Shown piece after piece: positions 1-12,575 of a stretch of DNA of 64,000 bases. A model generated the notes under the pieces. The model was not told where the DNA came from. It made no database searches and saw nothing but the letters and a program-made list of their open reading frames with translations. Source of the stretch: Epiperipatus broadwayi (lineage: Eukaryota; Animalia; Onychophora); contig JAQFVV010000002.1 in assembly GCA_028023455.1 (NCBI GenBank), positions 8,866,001 through 8,930,000 on the forward strand, given 5' to 3'. Position 1 is the stretch's first letter. Each line of letters opens with the position of its first letter. The translations under genes were made by a program, and so were the position numbers.

Positions 1-2830
1 CAACTGGTAGTTTTGAATTTAGGCTGCAGCTTCAGCAGAACATTGATCTTAACAATATTCCTACACAGTTTCTTAAATCAAGAAGCAACACTGTGTTTAT
101 ATATTCAAAGCTTGAAACCACAATGTTATACCTGCAGTAATCAAGGATATCTTGCCAGCCAATGCTTACAAACAAAAAATTTAACAACAAACATATCTGA
201 TAAGCAATTAGACCTGTACAATCAACACTTGAATGTTGGACTTAACAGCAGTACCAACTATCAAAATCAACTGCCTCATATAACAATGATTATTCAATAT
301 ACTTTTCTAATGATTCAAACAATGATTTTTCAAAACAAGCTGGAATGTAAAAAAAAATTTTCAACACATTGTCAACAAAACTCGTTACAAATAATGTGAA
401 TATTTACTACTAGTTCTCCCACCAGTGAGCAGCACCCCCACTATCATCACTGAGAATAAAAGAAAAGCAGATCAATCTAAGAATAAAGAAATCAAATAAT
501 CAAGGACAATTGATACTCAAAATATCAACATAAACAATCACTCAGATTTGTTTGATCAAATATCCATGGAAACCAATCACTTTTTAGAAAATCACTTACA
601 GCAATACACAATTGATACAATATACAATGCATTAACCAAAACTTAACACCAATTCTAATTGGAAAACAACTAAAATTAATATCCCTTATTAATCATTCAC
701 CGGTTTGGAAACACTAATTCACATGAATGTATATAGCAAATAAATCTCTCCCTAATAATCTAAATGAAGATTAAAATTACTTCATTAAATATTAGAAGAA
801 CCAACTCCATTGCAAAGTTATACCAGTTAAATCAGTGGACAGACATTATTCAGCCACCTGTTCTTGGACTGCTAGAAATTTAAATCTATAATGGCTCAAA
901 AATTAATCCATCACAATATCTAAATAAACAAGGCTTCTGTCCATGCTTCAGAGACATACTCATCACCATCAGCTGAAACTGAGTTAATTATAGCCACAGC
1001 ATGCCCCTTCACAATATTTAAAATTTTTACATTGATTCTCATTTATTAATTACATCATTTTACTATTGTGTCATAGCAATCAATGCCATATTTGTATATA
1101 TTCCCCCTCAATCCAATAACTATAGCCTGTATTCTACTCACCCCATTGCATTAATGGGTGACTTTAACCTTCAGTATTCTGAATTTACATCAAAATGGTC
1201 TCACTAGCTTGCCACACTTCTCATGAGTTCACAAGGTTTTCTATCCAATAATGCAGTTACATTTCATAACAAATGATATGTCACCCTCATTGATTTGTGC
1301 TTGTTTTCACTAATGTTGCACAATCTAATTGACACTAAAATTAATCCTGCTTGGATCTCTAATCTCTCTTCATAAACCACAATTTACTTAAATTACCTAT
1401 TCATCACCAATATACAACTTGAAAAAACTACATGAATTGGTCTTCCACCAACCACTACTGCATCTTTCTTTCAGACATATATATATATAATATATAATGC
1501 TACATAAATTGGAAGGATTAACCATTGATCCAATTCAAAATCAAAACTATCTCTGCATTTATAAACATAATTTTCTTTAACATTCACCACATTGCACGAC
1601 AATCCACTCCTCCCTCTTGCATTTTTCCAATGGCTGATGAGATCTACAAGCTAACAGCCATGAAAAATACTACCCATCATACTTATCAGCAGATATATCA
1701 AGCTTATACAAAAATACAATAAAATGTGTCAACAACTTAAAGAGTATCTTGCAATCAAAAAAGCAAAAATATGCAAATCAAAAAACACACTTGGACTCTG
1801 GGATATGTTAGATAGGCACTAGGCCATTCTTCCAAGATGAGGGTCCCAATGGTATTGCAGATTGAAGAGGCCACATATACCATGATCCATCCTATTTGCC
1901 AACATTCCCAGAAAAACCGACAAACACATCCTCCTTTCAAACCAACCTAAGACTATTTTGGGCCTCCAGAATGCAAGAACCACTCTGCATTGATCAGTTT
2001 AATGATAATCTAGAAACTATTCACAAGGCATGTCATCTAGATTTATCCAATTTTATATTTTCTCATCATAGTCAATTCACTATCAGATATCTCTGTAACC
2101 TTACTATCTATCTCTTATAGAAAATATATCCAATTAAAGGCCTATTTGCCCTAGCTTTGGTTTCAATCATCAAGAATCCAACATTAATATCTAAAATTTT
2201 TAACCATTGGCCTATCTCCCTTGGTCTACCAGCCATAAAAATCTTTGAAAATATTGTAAAAGACCAATTAGAGGTGCACTTGCTTCCTTTAATTTCACGA
2301 ATTCAGTTTTATAAAAAAGGGTTCATCAATCACACAAGCTGCACCTATGTTTAAAACAATTCAAAATCCTGTGCAAGAAAGGAAAAAAGTATGCACCCAT
2401 AGCAGGTTGACATTGAAGCTGCCTTTGATTCAGTTTACATTAAAACATTACTAGATATGCTTGCTAGAATCACAATACGAACTACAGTACTATATATAAT
2501 CACCAATTTAATACTAAGCAGTAAGATATATATATATATATATATATATTACTCTTAATGGAAGAAATTTGAATTCATTCATTTCTACTCAATCCTTTTG
2601 CTCTAGGATCACCATTAAGCTTGCTTCTATTCACTTATTATATCAATTCTCTACCAATACATATTCAGCAGAAAATAACTTATCCATATTCCCCACACAG
2701 AATAGTTCATTTCATGTATTCCATACCTGTCTTCCTCCCTTTATACAAACAACTGTCAATGCTTCAAAAAATACTTCAAAATTACACATGCACTCACAAA
2801 CTAAAAATGCAATCTTAACAAAACTGATGC
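1..2830 (+). mobile_element. Decayed non-LTR retrotransposon (I/Jockey-like group): ORF1 zinc knuckle, AP endonuclease and reverse transcriptase relics
   Basis: CCHC-like CYTCSNQGYLASQC at 124-165; APE-like SLNIR (~785) and MGDFNL (~1154-1170); RT-like WPISLGLPAIKIFENIV (ORF 2157-2354) and VDIEAAFDSV (~2405-2434); many stops and frameshifts; a (TA)n tract at ~2526-2549. Confidence 0.8.
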
Positions 2831-4199
2831 ATGGTCGTGTATACCAATAAACCACATAAAAAAGCCTTTAAACAAAAACCCACTCCATTTCTTGGATTCT
2901 CATTTTATATGAGAGCACATGGAATAAAAAAACATACAAAACAAACTTAAGAATCACACACTATAAATTACTACTTTCTTATCCAAAGTGTACATTTTCA
3001 TTTTTTCAAAAATCCAATTGTTCAATATACTTATTTTAACAAACATAAATTATTACACACCCATAATTAAATTCACAAAAGTATTTACATTTTTCTCTTT
3101 GCAACAAGCTTCTGTGGGAAAGAAAGGTAGTTTCCATATCTTGTAAACAGCTTAGTCAACCAACTACTCAAAATGGATTGGGACTTCATAACCTTGAAAC
3201 TTCAGAATTCAGACAGTTAATCTGCTTGCCTCTACTCTTAGTCACTTTAACAAACTTTATTATCTAAATTCCCATAACATCTACTGACAAGTCCCCACCA
3301 ACATCTGGATATTTTGCATCTCTTATTAAATCAGTATAAAGTATACACATTCAAATAACCTCTACATCCTGTTGATAAATACATCTACTGTCAGATACAC
3401 ACTTTGTTATACCCAACACTATTTCTGCTCTAAATTCCTCTATGATGGTGATCAACAATAAACAACTATAATGTAAATTCCAGAGATAGTAATTTGAGCC
3501 AAAATTATTTGATTTTCTAATCTGACATAACCTGCATGCCTTACCCATCTCATACTTTGTCAGATATTGATGACTGTACAAACACATTGTTCCATTCTGT
3601 GGACTGTACCATGCAGCTGAAGAAGCACCAACATATTTTATACTTATATCAAACCTCAAAATTTGTGATTTCATCTTAAATACATATAGGCAAACAAAAC
3701 TCTCAATTCGGTAAATAACAAGCTCATATCAAAAGTCTACCACAGCCTGGGCTAATACATTTATACTTTTTGCATTTTGGTGGACTCAATCTACATTTAT
3801 TCTAGAAAATAATACCAGGCAGAATCCATCAACATTTATAAACAAACTTAAGCAATTTAAGGATAGAAATTCCAGAATTGCTCTTCCAGACATACATGCA
3901 GCAACTTGGTCCTTTCTCAAGCAACTAGTGAGCCTCAAATTCAAAATGGTACAAACAATTGCACAATGGTTAGTGTTGATGCTTTTATATATTGAACTAT
4001 GTTCTAGCAACTTGAAGACAGTTGCAGATATATTAATAATTTAGAAACTTTGATACTTAAATATAAATTACAAATGATTGATGTAACTTTAACTATTGAA
4101 CTATTTAAACCCAAGGGATTAAAAGATTGCCACTGTAACCCTTGCAATCAAATTATGTAATTTCGATAAAGAAAGTATAATAAAGTTATTGTTGAAACA

Positions 4200-4300
4200 T
4201 AGTAATAGTAGTAGTGGTAGTGGTGGGGTAGTAGTAGTAGTAATAGTAGTAATTAGTAATACTATAGTAGCAATAGCATTAATAATAATAATAATTCAAT
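4200..4300. repeat. Imperfect (AGT)n/(AAT)n microsatellite
   Basis: Direct reading: agtaatagtagtagtggtagt...aataataataata. Confidence 0.85.
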
Positions 4301-4849
4301 TGTTATTAATGTTCTTTCAGAGCCAACGTAATATCTGGTTAAATGAAAATACACACAAAAAAGGTAGTAGTCAGTAATAAAGCTAAATATTATTTTAAAA
4401 AACTACCTTTTCTGTGGGTATTTGCATTTTACCAAATAATAGTAGCAGTAGCAATAATAATTCAATATATTTCAATCAATATATTCTACAGGCATATGTA
4501 AATGTGTAATTACAGAACACAATATAACAAAAAGGAAAAACAAAAATATCACACATATGAATACAGATGTATATTACAATTGTTTATATATATATACTGA
4601 TTACAATTTGTATTTCATTTACGGTTAATTGATGAATATCGACATTATTATAATAGGCATTAAACAACATTGAAAGTCTAAATAAGTAGAATCTCTTAAA
4701 CAATTAACACTAAAAAAATTCACTAATGCAGTTTACTATGTTTATCTGTCCTTTGACTATCTTTGCTAAAATTAAAAGGTTAGCTTTAATGAAACATGGA
4801 ATGTTCCAAACTTTGTATTATAATAACATAAAATATTTTCTTTATACTT

Positions 4850-5460
4850 CATCCAATGCTCTATTATGAGAATGATTGTCAGAGATCCAAACAACCCTGC
4901 CATAGAATTGGTAATATCAAATACATAAAAGATGTTTATAAGTTTCTCTATTAAAGAATCTTATTCCCCTAAAGATCCAACCCACAACTTTAAAAGCTAT
5001 TAAAGAATCTTATTCCCCTAAAGATACAACCCACAACTTTAAAAGCTTCGAGAATAAATAATGTATATAATTTGAGAAAAGTAATTTAGAATCTAAAATT
5101 ATACCCAAATCTTTACATTCATTTATCCTCAAAATATCATTTTCTTTTAATATGTAATTAAATAATATGAGATTTGTTTTCCTTGAAAAAGTAATCATTT
5201 CAGTTTTATCCTCATTTATGTTCATATAATTTTTAATACACCATAATTCAAATCTTTTAATAAACATTTGTAGATGATTACATTCATTAGATGATTTAAT
5301 GTATTTATAAACCTTAATATCATCAGCAAAGCATAAAATATGGCAATCAGATATTATGTAATTTAAGTCAAAAGAATATACATATTGAACAGAAATGGTC
5401 CTAAAACATCCCTGAGGAACATCAGAATTATCAAAATAATAATCTGATTGAGATCCCAAA
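4850..5460 (-). mobile_element. CR1-clade LINE, RT C-terminal fragment
   Basis: ORF 5010-5459(-) contains DVPQG, CFADDIKVY, NINEDKTEMITFSRK and KDLGIILDSKLLF, which are typical CR1 RT and thumb motifs. Confidence 0.9.
4948..5047 (+). repeat. 49-bp tandem duplication inside the CR1 fragment
   Basis: ctattaaagaatcttattcccctaaagat(c/a)caacccacaactttaaaag starts at 4948 and again at 4997. Confidence 0.9.
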
Positions 5461-5879
5461 TATTTAACAAAATTTAATCTTTATGCAAAACAAAATGCAC
5501 ACCAATCAGGCCATGGCTTAGTTAGTCCCAGATAATCTAACCATCTAATGCTACTGCTGCTGCTACTACTATACTACTACTACTAATAATAGTAGTAGTA
5601 ATAATTTGGTTCATTTATTTTAAGTCCTAAAGAACAGCATATAGACAATTACAGGGTGCACATTAAAATAGAAAAATGAATAAACACAATGCATATAATA
5701 ATAATAAAAGAAAGCTACAATCAAAAATTGTAAAAAAAAAAATACAAATTAATAAAATACATTTAAATTAGTCATCAATAACATTTAAATTTTAAAATAT
5801 TGCAAAATTTCTTATAATCTGAATTAAAATGATTAGTATTAATGAAAATCAGATTAAATAAAAAATAGCCTGAATGAAG

Positions 5880-6960
5880 GAGAAAATTTAAGGTCATTGT
5901 AATGATAAGCTTGAATATAATAGACAAAAGTAGTGACTATTGTCCTCATTGCATCTATTTATAATAGTTGAAATTATATCAGATAGAATGGCTTATTGAT
6001 TTATGATTTTGTAAAGATATTAAAAATGTCTATATTTCTATCTAAAAAAAAATGAACAGCATTATTTTCCAGAAAAACATATTTGAAGAATTTATTAAAC
6101 ACTGATTGCAATAAACTACATCCTTGTTTAGAGTTAAGATTCCAAATGATTGAACAATTATTTAATGAAGGGAAGAACCAATGACAAAAATAATTGAACT
6201 TCATATCTTAGTGAAGTAATAACCATGCCTAGAGATGGCATCCATGATTTTAAAAGCATTACTAACAAATCATTGTTAAATAAGAAAGAAATGACCCATT
6301 ACTAGAAAGTAAGACTCCCAGATCTTTTTGAGATTCAAGAGAATAAATTTTGTGAAAATTAATAGAATATGAAACAAGAGAACATTTCCTAAAATTAAGT
6401 GACATATTATTTAGATCACAGGAAGTGCTAAAGTTATCAATATTTTTCTGAAAGAGACAGCAATCAATCACTGAGGTAATTCTCCTGAAGATTTTACAGT
6501 TATCAGTATAGCAAAAAAGATAAGATTTCAGGCAATTCTTCAGATCATTAATGTTAAAATGTGTAGGTGTTGAAATACTAATTCAAAGAACAAAATTAAG
6601 TAAAAAATTATTGTTGAATTTGACATATGTTGTGTGACTATAAAAAAGAAACCCATTTTGTATTATTTGTAAAGGAAAATGATGTGGTCTACTTTATCAA
6701 AGGCTTTTGATAAATCAAGATAAATAACATCAAGTCTCTGCTTATCTTCAATCACATGTAACTATATGATTATAAATTGTTGGCAAATTAGTTTGTACAG
6801 ATCCACTAGGAATAAAAACATGTTATAAAAAAAAATGATTTTATTAACATCTGAAATAAATTTGTTATAAATACATCTCTCAAAAATTCAAACAATAGTA
6901 TGTAAAACAGAAATAGGCTGGTAGTTATTAAAATAGCTGTAGAAGCCATTTTTAAAAATT
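5880..6960 (-). mobile_element. Second CR1-clade LINE RT fragment
   Basis: The minus strand reads DVIYLDLSKAFDKVDH (~6680-6740), MSLNFRKCSLVSY and SQKDLGVLLSS (ORF 6262-6471), and CSIIWN (ORF 6001-6204). Confidence 0.85.
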
Positions 6961-7134
6961 GAGATTATTTTGGCACATTTAAGAACATTAGGAAAAATAC
7001 AGGAGTTAAGTGATTAATTAAAAGTACAATGAAGTACTATTGAAAAAATTGCTATTAATATGAATAACAACTTTACAACTAACAAAAATGGTATAAAAAT
7101 AATAAGATGAGTATTAATATAGATAAATGGAGAG

Positions 7135-8000
7135 AATTAATATCATTTCCTACATAGATGAAACCAATGTAAATAAATGCTATTCCCTTCCATTCACACA
7201 TTTTTTGCTTTGACAACCAAAGAAGTTGCTGAGTAGACAAAGAAATACATTGATTAACATGCATACATTATCAGAAAATACTTATAGGCATATGTCATTG
7301 AAAAAAAGCAAGCATGGAGATGTTCTTTTTGCAGAGATTCTAACACTTACTCATTTAGTAATATGGATTTAAATTCTTATGTTTTGGATTATTTATCAAA
7401 TTCAATTTTACAAGAAATTATTGATAAGTTGAAGTTATTGCCTATAATTCATAATACTTTATCAGAGCTTATGCAAAAGGTTATGAAAATGCAGGCTGAT
7501 ATGTATATTTTGTGTCAAAATGTTAATAGAAATACATGTAATTGAAAGCTTGTACATATATCTGATGTTTCCAATACATATGAAAGGAATATATCTTGTT
7601 TGAAGAATAGTATTGAAGATTTGGAAAGGGCTCAAATAGGTAACAAAATTTAATTACAAGATATTTCTTTGCAAAATAGTGAAGATTTGACACAAATTAA
7701 TTCAAAAATAATGACTATAGAAAAATATTTCATACAAAAAGTAATTCTGATAAAACGGACTTGTTGTTCATTTTGCTTCCTGTAATTTAGCAAGATCATT
7801 TTTACTTAAGACTGAAATTATTATTGTATCTACATTTGATATTTTGTCAATAGAAAATAACAATTAGTGTATTTATATTAATCAATGTATTTCTTTGTCT
7901 ACTTGGCAACTTTTTTGGTTGGCAAACCAAAAAATGTGTGAATGGAAGGGAATAGCATTTATTTACAATGGTTTCATCTATGTGGGAAATGACATTAATT
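7135..8000. repeat. Inverted repeat: ~125-bp arms (7135-7260 / ~7876-8000) around a ~615-bp spacer
   Basis: aattaatatcatttcctacatagatgaaaccaatgtaaataaatgctattcccttccattcacac... is the reverse complement of ...gtgtgaatggaagggaatagcatttatttacaatggtttcatctatgtgggaaatgacattaatt, with scattered mismatches. Confidence 0.9.
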
Positions 8001-9939
8001 CACCCCATATTTTAAATAAGAATGAAGCTGATTTATTGTCTTTGTGAAATTTATGTCCATGTGAACAGACTATTTTACTTTCTAATTGTAGAAATGATTT
8101 TAATATTTTTCATCTAAATATTTGCAGTTTATGCACATTTTGATGATTTAATTATTTATTTAAGGGATTTTTTCCATTTTGTTTTTATTGCATTATTATT
8201 TTGACTGAATCATGGATCTCAGTTGAGGGACAGTATTTATATAACCTGGATGGTTATATTAGTATTGTGGTCCCATAAACTTATGTTCTGGAGGTGTAAT
8301 GATTTATACAAAAATTGACTTGAGTTATATATATTATATTCCAGTATCTGATACTGCTGAATCTGTATTTATTACAATTACTTATGGAAATATTTCTCTA
8401 ATTGCTTTGTATACAGCATGTACTAGCTCTATTATATCTTTTATAAATGAATTTGAATCTTTTCTACCTAAGATGGATTTATCTTCTGAAGTATTTATTG
8501 GTGATTCAAACATTGATTTGCTAGATAAAGGGAAAAATCATTCCAGTAGATATTTGGATTTGTTATATAGTTATAGTTTTAATCAGATAAATTTTTTGTC
8601 TGCATGCATAATACAGATGTGCAAATCTTTGATTGATCATATATTTGTTAGACCCAGTAAATATTTTATTTATGAGTCAAGTGTATCTGATGTAGCCATT
8701 ACAGATCATTGTGTAATTATTTTGAAATTGTTTTTCTTTTATAATAAATCATATATTCATTCATATATTGATAAACTGTCACATGCTAAATTAGCTAAAT
8801 ATTGTCTAATCAGAGTTGGATAATATTTTTGTACTCTCTAATGTAGATCTAGCTTTTGCACAATTTCAGGATATTTGTTCTTCTTTAATTGCTAACACAA
8901 CTGATTGTATCACATTGGTATGAATAGAAAGTGTCATTATGGATAACTGATCAATTAATTAAAAACATTATAATTTGAGAAAGAATGATAAGCATTGTGG
9001 TGGTGATATAAAAAAGATTAATAGAAAATTAAATCTGATATCAGAAGGGTGAAATTGAGTTATTTTAGGGAATTCCTCTGTGGTAAAAATACTTCTTTGA
9101 AATAAAAAACCATTAATTCCTTGATTAAAAAAAATCCCCTAATCGAATTGATTTTGTTAAAAGTAATGGTCACTTATTAAAAGTTAAAGGTAATGAAAAA
9201 TATGATGCTGATATTTCTGATAGTTTATTTTGGTTTTTGATTCTGTTGCCAATTCTTTTTTTCTGTTCTAAAGTTTCTCATACTCCTCAGTTATCTCATT
9301 TGATAAGGTAATCAACTTATATTTATATCAGTTTTTGCTTTATTTGTTTAATCTTTCCTTGAAGGGGGGTCTATTTCCTGAGTGTTTGAAGATTGGTATT
9401 ATTATGCCAATCAATAAAAAGGATGGTCCATTACTTATCATTAATTACAGACCTATTTCAATTATTTCTACAGTGTTTGAGATGGTAATCAAGAATAAAA
9501 TGATGTCTTTCTTAAGTGAGCATAGAGTGATTTTTGTGCATCAGTATGGATTTGTTGGTAAAAAAATAACTTTAGATGCTCTTAATAAATCATGCATATA
9601 ATTTGATATCTTTGTTAAAATAATTGTCTTAAGACTGCAGCCATGTATTTAGATCTTTCTAAAGCATTTGATTCCGCTCATCACAAAATTCTTCAACCAG
9701 TGATTATATTCACATGGCTTTAGAGACCATTTTGTTTCTTGGTTACAAAGTTATTTAAATGACAGAAAACAGGCAACAACAATTCATGGCACAATTAGAG
9801 ATTTTAAATTGATAAATCATGGAGTTCCACAGGGTTCTGTACTTAGTCTTATGTTATTTTTGGATTTATATTAATGATATTTGTACATTGCCTTTGAATT
9901 CAGTGATTTTTGTTTTTGCTGATGATATTTTGTTCTGTC

Positions 9940-10270
9940 TCTCAGGGTGGCCTTTGAACGTTCCATCATCACATTTTTAATTGGATGAACGTTTGAAGAG
10001 TTGGAGTGTGGAGTGGATTGAAGCCTGTCCATTAAAGTATGAAGATTGACTATCTTAATATATATCTGAGCACTTATTGCATATATGTGTAAAGATGATA
10101 ATCTGGACCAACTGATGACTGCTGGTTTAGCAAGGAATACTTATATTGGTGATTATTTATCTTTTCGACATATTTGTGTTCAAGTGTATCAGTGTTATGA
10201 GATAGAGTGGAGAGTGATCTCTGCTCATATACCCTATATATTTCATATATTGACACAGGTATATAATAAG
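9940..10270 (+). mobile_element. Family A hammerhead repeat, partial monomer
   Basis: Colinear with 25343-25660 and 24954-25230 (ctcagggtggcctttga...gattgaagcctgtccattaaa...ctggaccaactgatga...ctcatataccctat...aagcctgt). Confidence 0.9.
10107..10150 (+). ncRNA. Degenerate type I hammerhead ribozyme motif (family A)
   Basis: ACCAA-CTGATGA-C-TGCTG-GTT-TAGCA-AG-GAATACTTATA-TTGGT; stems I and II are present but the GAAA core is altered. Confidence 0.5.
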
Positions 10271-11192
10271 CCTGTATTTCTATAAATTATTATTGTAATA
10301 TTATTTTGGCTCCTCACACAAGTATTTTTTTTGTTTTGAGTTATATTAATTTTGTATTGTTTGTATATTATTGTAATAAATGAATAAATTATTATTATAG
10401 TGCTGTAGAATTGTACATTAAATAAATAAATTAAATTGAATTATTATTTTTATTATATTTTTGCCGCTTGTGGCTTATAATTGGTGGATGATTACTTCAT
10501 GAGATATTTTTACATTTTTTTTTTTTTTATTTCTAAGAGATTTTATATAATTACTTGGAATATTTAGTTTTATAAAGATCTATATTTTGAAAAAAAAAAA
10601 GACTTTATTTTATTGGCTTGTTTGGATTAATGTTTTTAAAAAAGGGTATAGAAAGAGTTACTTCTTAAACGCCATTAGAAAGTTAGAAGGCGTAACATTA
10701 TTTGTATATTTTATATATCCCGGAAATAACATTTATGTTAATAAGCTCTTCAAAGGATTTATTTTTGAATGGATGATTTTTCAGACTGGAGAGAAAATAT
10801 GAAGAATTGATCATTAATAACTCGTGCTGTTTATTTATATATATAATTATTTCTCATTGTTTGTGTGCTTTTTTTGAGTTTATACTGGATATTTTTATTT
10901 CTTCTATAAGTTTATAATTTACTTCTAGTGATTATTTTGATTTTCATTTAATTTATGTTATTCATAAATTATTATTTTTAATTCAACAATATATTTGGAT
11001 TCGATTTTTAAAAAAATTGTTGATAAAATAAAAACTTTTAATTGTTAGGTATGTTTAATCGTTTACAATCTTTTAACATTATTACGATAGCTTCCGGAAA
11101 AGTTGAGTTCTTTTCATTATTTAGATTCTAGGATAACAAACTCCTCTTATTTCATTATATTTGATTTAATCTATAACATTTTCTATTGCTGG

Positions 11193-11278
11193 ATAATGAT
11201 TTTAAGATAACCAAGATTGTTTTTTTTTTTTTTAACGATTGTAAAAAAAAAAAATCTTGGTTATCTTAAAATCATTAT
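11193..11278. repeat. Hairpin: 26-bp perfect arms extended by T-run/A-run pairing
   Basis: ataatgattttaagataaccaagatt (11193-11218) vs aatcttggttatcttaaaatcattat (11253-11278). Confidence 0.9.
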
Positions 11279-11592
11279 TTAAAAAAACTGTTTACGTCTT
11301 AATAAAAAATACCAATATAACATTTAAATATTTAAACTTTTGAATACCTGCATTAACAGAACTATAGAAACTTTTAAATATATTTTCATAAAATATATCA
11401 ACTTCTACTTAATTCATATATATTGAAGTCATCGTATATCTGTCATTTTGTATGTTATTCTATATTTTATTTTCATTTTAGATTATAATGGCTCAATTTA
11501 CATATCCATGTCTTCTATGTTTAAATGGTATTTTTGGAAGACAAAAATTTTTGAAGTGTAATGGTGGCTATGCTCTTAGATATTATTAAGAC

Positions 11593-12031
11593 CAGGGGTG
11601 GCCAACAAGTCGATCGTAATCCACTGGTCGATCGCGAAGCCAATTTTTCGTCGATTGGTGAGGCCAATCTGGCAAGAGCCGTTGGGTAACGAGTGAAACA
11701 AATTAAGTCAAGATTTTCCAAGTTTTTTTTTTGTTTTGCTCTAATTTTTTTTCCAATTCTAGATGATGAAGTCTGCTAAGTCATATCATTATTGAAAATA
11801 ATATTTTTAATCTTGACATAATGTTAATAATTACTCATGTTGCTTTAATTCCCCTGGACATGGGTTTTTGGCCCGTTAAATAATTGTTATTTTTTAAGTA
11901 GGTAGATATATAAAATTGGAATGTATTTCATACCTCCCTCCACATAGACTACCCCTATGATAACAAGTCGATTGCAACACATTTTAAAAATAAAAAGTAG
12001 ATCTTATGAACACAAAAGTTGGCCACCCCTG
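11593..12031. mobile_element. 439-bp non-autonomous hAT element (Buster/Charlie-type MITE)
   Basis: 14-bp perfect TIRs CAGGGGTGGCCAAC / GTTGGCCACCCCTG; 8-bp flanks attaagac / atttagac (one mismatch; the right copy has the central TA typical of Buster-type targets). Confidence 0.9.
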
Positions 12032-12280
12032 ATTTAGACTGTTATAAACTAACTAAAAATGTTGAAGATGAAGTGTTATGTCAGTTAGATTTTATGCTTG
12101 AATGTTGCAATATATCTTTTAATCAAAAAAAAAAATTAACCAATGTTAAGGCAAAGTATAAATGATGGACTATTTCCATCATTTATGAGTGAATGTTGAA
12201 TGTATAGAAAATTTTAAACTTTCCAAATGCAAACAACTTGTTAGTAATAACACACAAATAGACAATACAGGTTAGTAATT

Positions 12281-12325
12281 ACACAACGTTTCGAGTAGTA
12301 GTATTCTCCATTCTTCTTCAGGTGT
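12281..12325 (-). ncRNA. Minimal type I hammerhead ribozyme motif (family B, better-preserved copy)
   Basis: Minus strand: ACAC-CUGAAGA-A-GAAUGG-(9 nt)-CUACUC-GAAA-CGUU/GUGU; stem I ACAC:GUGU; palindromic AACGUU stem III; predicted cleavage after GUU; one mismatch in stem II. Confidence 0.7.
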
Positions 12326-12533
12326 TGCTGGCCTATATGCACAGTGACAATATTCACTTAGAAGGTGAACTTACACCTTTAGATTCTTGAATATTGAATT
12401 TAAGGCAAATGCTCAACCAAATGAGCTATTCTGTCAAAGACTCAGTTGATAGAGTGTTTGCCTTAAATTCAATAATCTAAAGGTGCGAGTTCAACTTCTA
12501 AGTGAATATTGACACTATGCATATAGGCCAGCA

Positions 12534-12575
12534 ACACCTGAAGAAGAGTGGAGAGTAATACTACTCGAAATGTGT
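12534..12575 (+). ncRNA. Hammerhead motif (family B, second arm; cleavage triplet deleted)
   Basis: ACAC-CTGAAGA-A-GAGTGG-agagtaata-CTACTC-GAAA-T-GTGT; 6-bp stem II intact; 3 nt missing from stem III relative to the other arm. Confidence 0.6.

Larger units (their letters stand above)
7330..10400 (+). mobile_element. Decayed L2/CR1-group LINE (ORF1 coiled-coil/FP25K-like C-terminus, APE, RT), interrupted at ~9940-10270 by a family A repeat
   Basis: IEDLERAQ (~7613); WKGIAFIYNGFIYV (~7940); IIILTESW (~8193); FIGDSNIDLL, LIDHIF and TDH (ORF 8299-8823); NYRPISII (ORF 9335-9601); LDLSKAFDS (~9651); GVPQGSVL (~9821); FADD (~9916); an aataaa/(att)n tail at ~10375-10400. Confidence 0.88.
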
